A program made the translations under genes and the position numbers. The notes beneath the pieces were generated by a model. That model did not search any database, was not told the DNA's origin, and was given only the letters and a program-made list of their open reading frames with translations. Positions 59,173-64,000 of a DNA stretch of 64,000 bases are shown one piece after another (positions within the stretch are counted from its first letter, which is position 1; each line of letters starts with the position of its first letter). The stretch comes from Candidatus Marinacidobacterales bacterium (GTDB taxonomy: Bacteria; Acidobacteriota; Vicinamibacteria; Marinacidobacterales; SMYC01), in assembly GCA_965224085.1 (NCBI GenBank), contig CBDCYI010000005.1, positions 1,696,001 to 1,760,000 on the forward strand, given 5' to 3'.

Positions 59173-60633
59173 TCAAATACCGAAAAGCGGTCGCGCCAAT
59201 AGAAGCGTCAAGATACTGATCAGAATCACGCCGATGATGTTCACGCCGATGCCGGCTTTCACGAGCTGGGGAATGGTGAAGTAGCCCGTCCCGAAGACGA
59301 TGGCGTTGGGCGGTGTCGCGGCTGGGAGCATGAAAGCGCACGACGCGGCGACCGTGGCCGGGATCGCGAGCACGAGCGGTGAGAGCCCCATCGACGTTGC
59401 GGCTGCGGCGAGGATGGGGACGGACATCGCCGTCGACGCGACGTTCGAGGCGAACTCCGTGAGGGTGACGATCAGTAACACGACGATCACGATGAAGACG
59501 GGGAGCGGTAGCTCCGCGAATAGCTGAAGCTGCCCGCCGACCCAGGTCGACAGGCCGTTGCGCTCGAACCCCGCGGCGAGCGAAAAGCCGCCGCCGAAGA
59601 GCAGCAGCACGTCCCAAGGCAGGCGCGAAGCCCACTGCCAGTTCAAAAGCTTCTCGCCGTTTCCGGCCGGAGCGAGGAAGAGCACGACGGTCGCGGCCAT
59701 CGCGATCGTCGAGTCCGAGACGAGATTTCCCGTTGGGATTGCGGCCGTCCAGTAAGGGCGAAACGTCCATGCCGCGGCGGTGAGTCCGAAGACGATCGCC
59801 AGCCGCTTTTCTTGAATCGTCATGGCTCCGAGCTTCTTGAGCTCCGCCTCGATGTGGGCCGCACCGCCGGGAAGCGACTGGATGCGGATCGGTAGCGCCA
59901 CCCGTGTGAGCCACAACCACGTCAAGGGCAGGAACAAGAGCACGAAGGGGATTCCGAAGCCGAGCCATCTGAGAAACGAAATCTCGATCCCGTGGGTTTC
60001 CGCCATGGTTCCGGCGAGGAAGACGTTCGGCGGCGTGCCGATAATCGTTGCGACACCGCCTATGGAAGCGCCATAGGCGATGCCGAGCATGAGGTTCGCG
60101 CCAAAGTGGAAATGCCCCTGCCGGGTGTCGATTGCCGCATCTTCTTTTTCGAACGCTTCCACCGCTTGTTGGATGACGGCGAGGCCGATGGGCATCATCA
60201 TCGCGGTCGTCGCCGTGTTCGATACCCACATGGAAACGAAACCCGAGGCGCACATGAAGCCGAGCACGATGCGCGATGGCGAAGTGCCGATCCGATGCAC
60301 GATGGTGAGCGCCATGCGACGATGGAGGCCCCATCGCTGCATGGTTTGCGCGAGCATAAAGCCGCCGAGAAAGAGATAAACGAGGTGGTTGGCGTAAGGC
60401 GCCGCTGACTCGGACGCCGTGCCGAGCCCGAGAAAAGGGAAGAGCGCAAGCGGCAGAAGGGACGTCGCCGCGAGCGGGATGGCTTCGGTGACCCACCAGG
60501 TAGCCATGAGCGCCGCTACGGCCAACATGCGTTGCACTGTCGGTGGGATCTCCGCCGGTGCTAGCGCGAGAGCGAGAAAGAGCGCCGGTCCGAGAACGAG
60601 GCCCACGCCCTCGCGGGTGAGTTTCTTACTCAC
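59173..60633 (-). CDS. DASS/SLC13 sodium:anion symporter
   Basis: WWVTEAIP, SMWVSNTAT, IGTPPN, LFGGG, TEFASN, FMLPAATPPNA. Confidence 0.93.
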   Translation of the reverse strand: MSKKLTREGVGLVLGPALFLALALAPAEIPPTVQRMLAVAALMATWWVTEAIPLAATSLLPLALFPFLGLGTASESAAPYANHLVYLFLGGFMLAQTMQRWGLHRRMALTIVHRIGTSPSRIVLGFMCASGFVSMWVSNTATTAMMMPIGLAVIQQAVEAFEKEDAAIDTRQGHFHFGANLMLGIAYGASIGGVATIIGTPPNVFLAGTMAETHGIEISFLRWLGFGIPFVLLFLPLTWLWLTRVALPIRIQSLPGGAAHIEAELKKLGAMTIQEKRLAIVFGLTAAAWTFRPYWTAAIPTGNLVSDSTIAMAATVVLFLAPAGNGEKLLNWQWASRLPWDVLLLFGGGFSLAAGFERNGLSTWVGGQLQLFAELPLPVFIVIVVLLIVTLTEFASNVASTAMSVPILAAAATSMGLSPLVLAIPATVAASCAFMLPAATPPNAIVFGTGYFTIPQLVKAGIGVNIIGVILISILTLLLARPLFGI

Positions 60634-63322
60634 CCGTACCGGCGCCAGCTTTCGGTAGGCTCAGCAAGTTTGCGAAGAGCCGATAGGCCGAAGGGACACC
60701 TGCTGGAAGCTGTCGAAAAAAGCCGAGCCCGATATAAATCCAACGTCCCTGCCCGTACTTCGCCTCGACGAGCATCCCTTTCTTGACGCCTTCGTTGTAC
60801 TCCCAAGGATCTTCCGACGCGAGCAGCTCCGTGTAGTGTGGATCGCCTTCGGGGTCGAGGAAGTAGAGCCCGCGCTCTTGAACCCAGCCGCCCCAATCGT
60901 CTTCGGTGATTTTGTTGGGAGCGTTGAAGACTGGGTGGTCGGGCACGAGGATGTCGATGGGCGCTTCCTCTACAGTGACGCGGTTGCGGCTGACTTTCTT
61001 CGGATAGGGTCCCCACTGAGCGTTGTTGAACTCGAACTTGTTGTATTGAACGAGAAGGGTCCCGCCGCTCGAGACGTAGTCAAGCAGCCGATGGTTGTAG
61101 GAGCGCAGGTCCTCCCGGCTCAAGTAAGCGCGGATGCCGGTCATGATGACGTCATATTGCGAGAGGTCACCCTCGGCGAGGTCCTCGGTCGTAAGTAATG
61201 CGAGCTTCGCGCCGAGCTGCCGAATGGCGGTCGGGATCTCGTCGCCGACGCCCATGACGTAGCCCACCGAGACGGGAGCGATCGCGAGGTCGAGCGCTTG
61301 CACCGTAGCTTCCGCGGGATGGTAGAGATAGCGCGTTTGGATGTGATCGTAAGCGATCGTCTGGACACCTTCGCGAAACGCTTCGCCGTTCAGTTGTGCC
61401 GTTGCTTTGACGCGATAGGTGCCGCTCGCGACGCCCTCGGGAGGCATGATGCGAAAGCGTATCGACACGGCTTCGTTCTCGCGCTCGAAGCCGAGCGCTG
61501 CTTCGGCAGGCTCGACGGTCCAACCCGAGGGAACGTCGAGAGACAATGTGCCTTCGGCGGGCTCCGTGCCTTTGTAGAGGGCGTTTACCGAAATGGGCCG
61601 CGTCTTGTCGTCGGCGCTCGTCGGGAAAACGATGATGCCCGGTGATAGCGTGACGGAGACGAGCGGTAAGACCGACACCTGCTTCTGCTTTTCGCCGCCA
61701 ACCCACGGACCGGGATAGCGATACTGGACGGGGCGCTCCACGCTGAACGCGGTCGTTCCCGAGCGCAGCACGACAATGGCGTGAAGGCTCGGCCGCCGCC
61801 ACGGCAGGCCGAAAAACTCCGGCTCGGTTAGATCGAAGCGGTCGATGGTTTTGTCGTTGCGCGTCCAGTACGGGCGGTCGTAACTCGCGTCCTGTGCTAC
61901 CGTGACCCCGTAGCCTGCGTCGAGCGCGTAGTTTTCGGACAGCGCCTCCGGAAAATCGGGAAAGATGTCCTCGCCGTCATCGTTTTTTTCTATTGGCGCT
62001 ACGATCCATCCCTTCGGCGCGTCGATGTCGATCGACCGAAGCTCGACGGGCTGGGGACTTCGGTTCGTGACGCGGACGTCGACTTTCAGCTTCGAGCCGC
62101 GCGTCACTTCGCCGCGGTCGGCCACGGAGTCCAAGCCGATCCCGTGCGCGAGCCCGAGGGCGATCTCGAAGTCTCTTTCTTTCGGCGCGAGACGGTGCTC
62201 GAGCTCGTAACGCGCGGCCTCCGAGAGGCCGCTCCCGGCGACGCCCGCTCGCAGCTTGCGCACGGCCTTGAGTCCTCGCCGCAAAGCCGGGACCGTCTTC
62301 CACGGCTCGGCGGCATCGAAAGCACTGTTCGCCGCGTCGACCTCCTTTTGGATGGCGTTCAAGCCGAGGCCGACGAACGCTGCGTCTTCACCTTCGCCGG
62401 CCACGAAAGCTTCGAGGCGCGCGAGTCCGGTCTCGATGCCGTCGAAGAGGTCCGTCTCGTCGGAAGCCACATCGATCACATGGTCTTCGAGCCGCCAAAC
62501 CGATTGTCGCGAGCCCGGGAACGCGCGCAGCTGACCCATGCCCTGGCATCTGTGGTTCGAGCGTCCCTCGAGCCCCATTTGATAGTAGGAACGGCCGAGA
62601 ATGGGATCGTAGAGGCCCGTATCGAGCCGCACGAGATGAAGATCTTCCTCGGGTTCCTGCGGCAGGCGTCTTGGACCGAATCCTACGCGCGTGCGCGAAT
62701 AGAGCTTGAGCGGCTGCCATGGGCGGAGCCCGTTCTCGAATTGCTGGGGAAACCGGTTCGGATCCGCGGCCGCGCGGAACGCTTCCGCGGTGAGAAGCCC
62801 GGAGGTCTGGTGATGCTGGCCGCCGCCCGCACCGCGAGGCGGCAGCATCACGACGACGTCAGGCCGAACCGTGCGGATGATGCGGACGATATCTTCGAAA
62901 ATCTCGTTTTTGCCCCACTTTTCGAGGGTCTCCTCGACGCTGAACGAATAGCCGAACTCGTAGGCGCGGGTAAAATATTGGTCGACCCCGTCGTAACGGT
63001 GCATCGCCATGAGCTCTTCGGTTCGCAAAATACCGATGGCTTCGAAAAGCTCGGGGCCGATCTCGTTCTGGCCCCCGTCCCCGCGCGTCGCGGTGAGTAG
63101 CGCGGTGCGAAAGCCCCTGCCGCGGCTCAGCATCACGAGGAGGCCGTTGTCTTCATCATCAGGGTGCGCCGTCGTATGCAAAAACGTCGCGCCCGCGCCG
63201 AGCTTCCGCAGCTGCAACGCGAGTCCACTAGCGCCGCGGTCCTCAGGAATAGGCTCGAGCTGCGCGAGCGAAAACGTGGCGGTCAGAAGAAGTGCAAGAG
63301 TAATCAAAGAAAGACGTTTCAT
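60626..63322 (-). CDS. Secreted PIG-L family deacetylase with Ig-like (NEW3-type) and GATase-like domains
   Basis: Signal peptide; AHPDDE, RGDGGQN, HHQ, GYVMGVGD, GGTLLVQY, W.GWVQERGLY, FFRQLPAGV. Confidence 0.88.
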   Translation of the reverse strand: MKRLSLITLALLLTATFSLAQLEPIPEDRGASGLALQLRKLGAGATFLHTTAHPDDEDNGLLVMLSRGRGFRTALLTATRGDGGQNEIGPELFEAIGILRTEELMAMHRYDGVDQYFTRAYEFGYSFSVEETLEKWGKNEIFEDIVRIIRTVRPDVVVMLPPRGAGGGQHHQTSGLLTAEAFRAAADPNRFPQQFENGLRPWQPLKLYSRTRVGFGPRRLPQEPEEDLHLVRLDTGLYDPILGRSYYQMGLEGRSNHRCQGMGQLRAFPGSRQSVWRLEDHVIDVASDETDLFDGIETGLARLEAFVAGEGEDAAFVGLGLNAIQKEVDAANSAFDAAEPWKTVPALRRGLKAVRKLRAGVAGSGLSEAARYELEHRLAPKERDFEIALGLAHGIGLDSVADRGEVTRGSKLKVDVRVTNRSPQPVELRSIDIDAPKGWIVAPIEKNDDGEDIFPDFPEALSENYALDAGYGVTVAQDASYDRPYWTRNDKTIDRFDLTEPEFFGLPWRRPSLHAIVVLRSGTTAFSVERPVQYRYPGPWVGGEKQKQVSVLPLVSVTLSPGIIVFPTSADDKTRPISVNALYKGTEPAEGTLSLDVPSGWTVEPAEAALGFERENEAVSIRFRIMPPEGVASGTYRVKATAQLNGEAFREGVQTIAYDHIQTRYLYHPAEATVQALDLAIAPVSVGYVMGVGDEIPTAIRQLGAKLALLTTEDLAEGDLSQYDVIMTGIRAYLSREDLRSYNHRLLDYVSSGGTLLVQYNKFEFNNAQWGPYPKKVSRNRVTVEEAPIDILVPDHPVFNAPNKITEDDWGGWVQERGLYFLDPEGDPHYTELLASEDPWEYNEGVKKGMLVEAKYGQGRWIYIGLGFFRQLPAGVPSAYRLFANLLSLPKAGAGTGE

Positions 63323-63449
63323 CGGAGAGCCTCGTCGACCTCGTAAAATCGATACCTTCGAGCAGCATATTGAGCGACCCGAGAGATGTCAAAACACCGC
63401 TCCGCGAAAAGGTGTCCTGGAAACAGCGGATTACGAAGTGCCGATCCTC

Positions 63450-63455
63450 TATAAT
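63450..63455 (+). promoter_or_regulatory. -10 element for the small protein/SSS operon
   Basis: TATAAT 22 nt upstream of ATG 63478; GAGG RBS. Confidence 0.5.
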
Positions 63456-63477
63456 GCGCTCGCTCGAGCGAGGTTTT

Positions 63478-63603
63478 ATGGACAAAGAGCCTGATCTGCC
63501 GCCGCCCATTTTTGAAACTTGGGGGCGCTTCTATGCGGTCGTCATCGCGAATACGCTCGTTATCTATTTGCTGCTCGTTTTGTTCTCAGCTTACGCGCGC
63601 TGA
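63478..63603 (+). CDS. Small single-TM protein preceding an SSS symporter
   Basis: MDKEPDLPPPIFETWGRFYAVVIANTLVIYLLLVLFSAYAR; RBS GAGG; typical of small proteins found before SSS genes. Confidence 0.72.
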   Translation: MDKEPDLPPPIFETWGRFYAVVIANTLVIYLLLVLFSAYAR

Positions 63604-63675
63604 TGCATCCACTTACTTCGCGGATGCATGCCGTTACTCGCTGATGCATCCCTTCTACGTACACTGATGCATCCC
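63591..63675 (+). repeat. Four degenerate tandem copies of the stop/start junction (ttac..cgcTGATGCATcc)
   Basis: ATGCAT at 63603, 63624, 63644 and 63667 (spacings 21, 20, 23). Confidence 0.85.
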
Positions 63676-64000
63676 ATCGACTGGCTCGTTGTCGTTGTTT
63701 ACTTCGCGTTGATCGTCTTCATTGGCTATCGGACGGGACGCGGCAATAAAGGGATCAAAGACTTCTTTCTCGCCAGGCGTTCGATGCCGTGGTACGCGAT
63801 CGGGCTTTCGGTCATGGCGACCCAGGCGAGCGCCATCACGCTCGTTGGCACGACCGGTCAGGGTTACGTGGACGGCATGCGCTTCATCCAGATCTATTTC
63901 GGCATGCCGCTCGCGATAGTGATCCTTTGCGTCACGCTCGTGCCTTTCTTTTATCGCGCTAAAGTTTTTACGGCCTATGAGTATCTGGAGAAGCGGTTCG
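63667..64000 (+). CDS. Sodium:solute symporter (partial, runs off the window)
   Basis: [48 protein letters not shown]. Confidence 0.9.
   Translation, partial: MHPIDWLVVVVYFALIVFIGYRTGRGNKGIKDFFLARRSMPWYAIGLSVMATQASAITLVGTTGQGYVDGMRFIQIYFGMPLAIVILCVTLVPFFYRAKVFTAYEYLEKRF

Noticed and set aside
63591-63680. Possible mini CRISPR array
   Set aside because: The period is only 20-23 nt, there are no real spacers or cas genes, and the units copy the flanking gene junction.
1-64000. tRNA, rRNA, integrase or transposase genes, known riboswitches (e.g. TPP near tenA)
   Set aside because: No recognisable signatures were seen by eye, and tenA has no leader (2 nt from the upstream stop). A covariance-model search was not run.

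Overview
GC-rich, gene-dense bacterial chromosomal segment. The gene content and secreted-protein repertoire resemble Acidobacteriota, but that is an inference. Contents in order: gpsA; a futalosine menaquinone cluster (UbiA/MqnP, mqnE, mqnA, mqnC); a Lys-rich histone-like protein; an orphan periplasmic binding lipoprotein; an XRE regulator; a SerK/SbnI-like ParB-fold protein; yebC-ruvC-ruvA-(membrane MutS-like ATPase)-ruvB-queA-gmhA-(DHS-like); a His-rich beta-barrel; a RidA-LLM-carboxyltransferase-AtuA-crotonase-biotin carboxylase operon; a decayed or rearranged zone at about 25.3-33.4 kb (DUF885 and galT remnants, amidase, SGLT-like symporter, four-fold frameshifted TonB receptor); speE, asparaginase, PilZ and egtD; a dispersed envelope-glycosylation set (three GT-C-like membrane proteins, UGM-like flavoprotein, methyltransferase, three GT4, flippase-like); several secreted hydrolases; a secreted kinase-like protein; tenA; a DASS transporter; a PIG-L protein; and a small membrane protein plus SSS symporter at the right edge. 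I found no rRNA, tRNA, CRISPR array or intact mobile element. The most striking direct observations are a TGATG-coupled relay of mini-ORFs built from tandem copies of a gene junction (63591-63680), the membrane MutS paralog inside the ruv operon, and repeated leaderless-type promoter geometry. All family calls come from motif recognition by eye; no database search was run.
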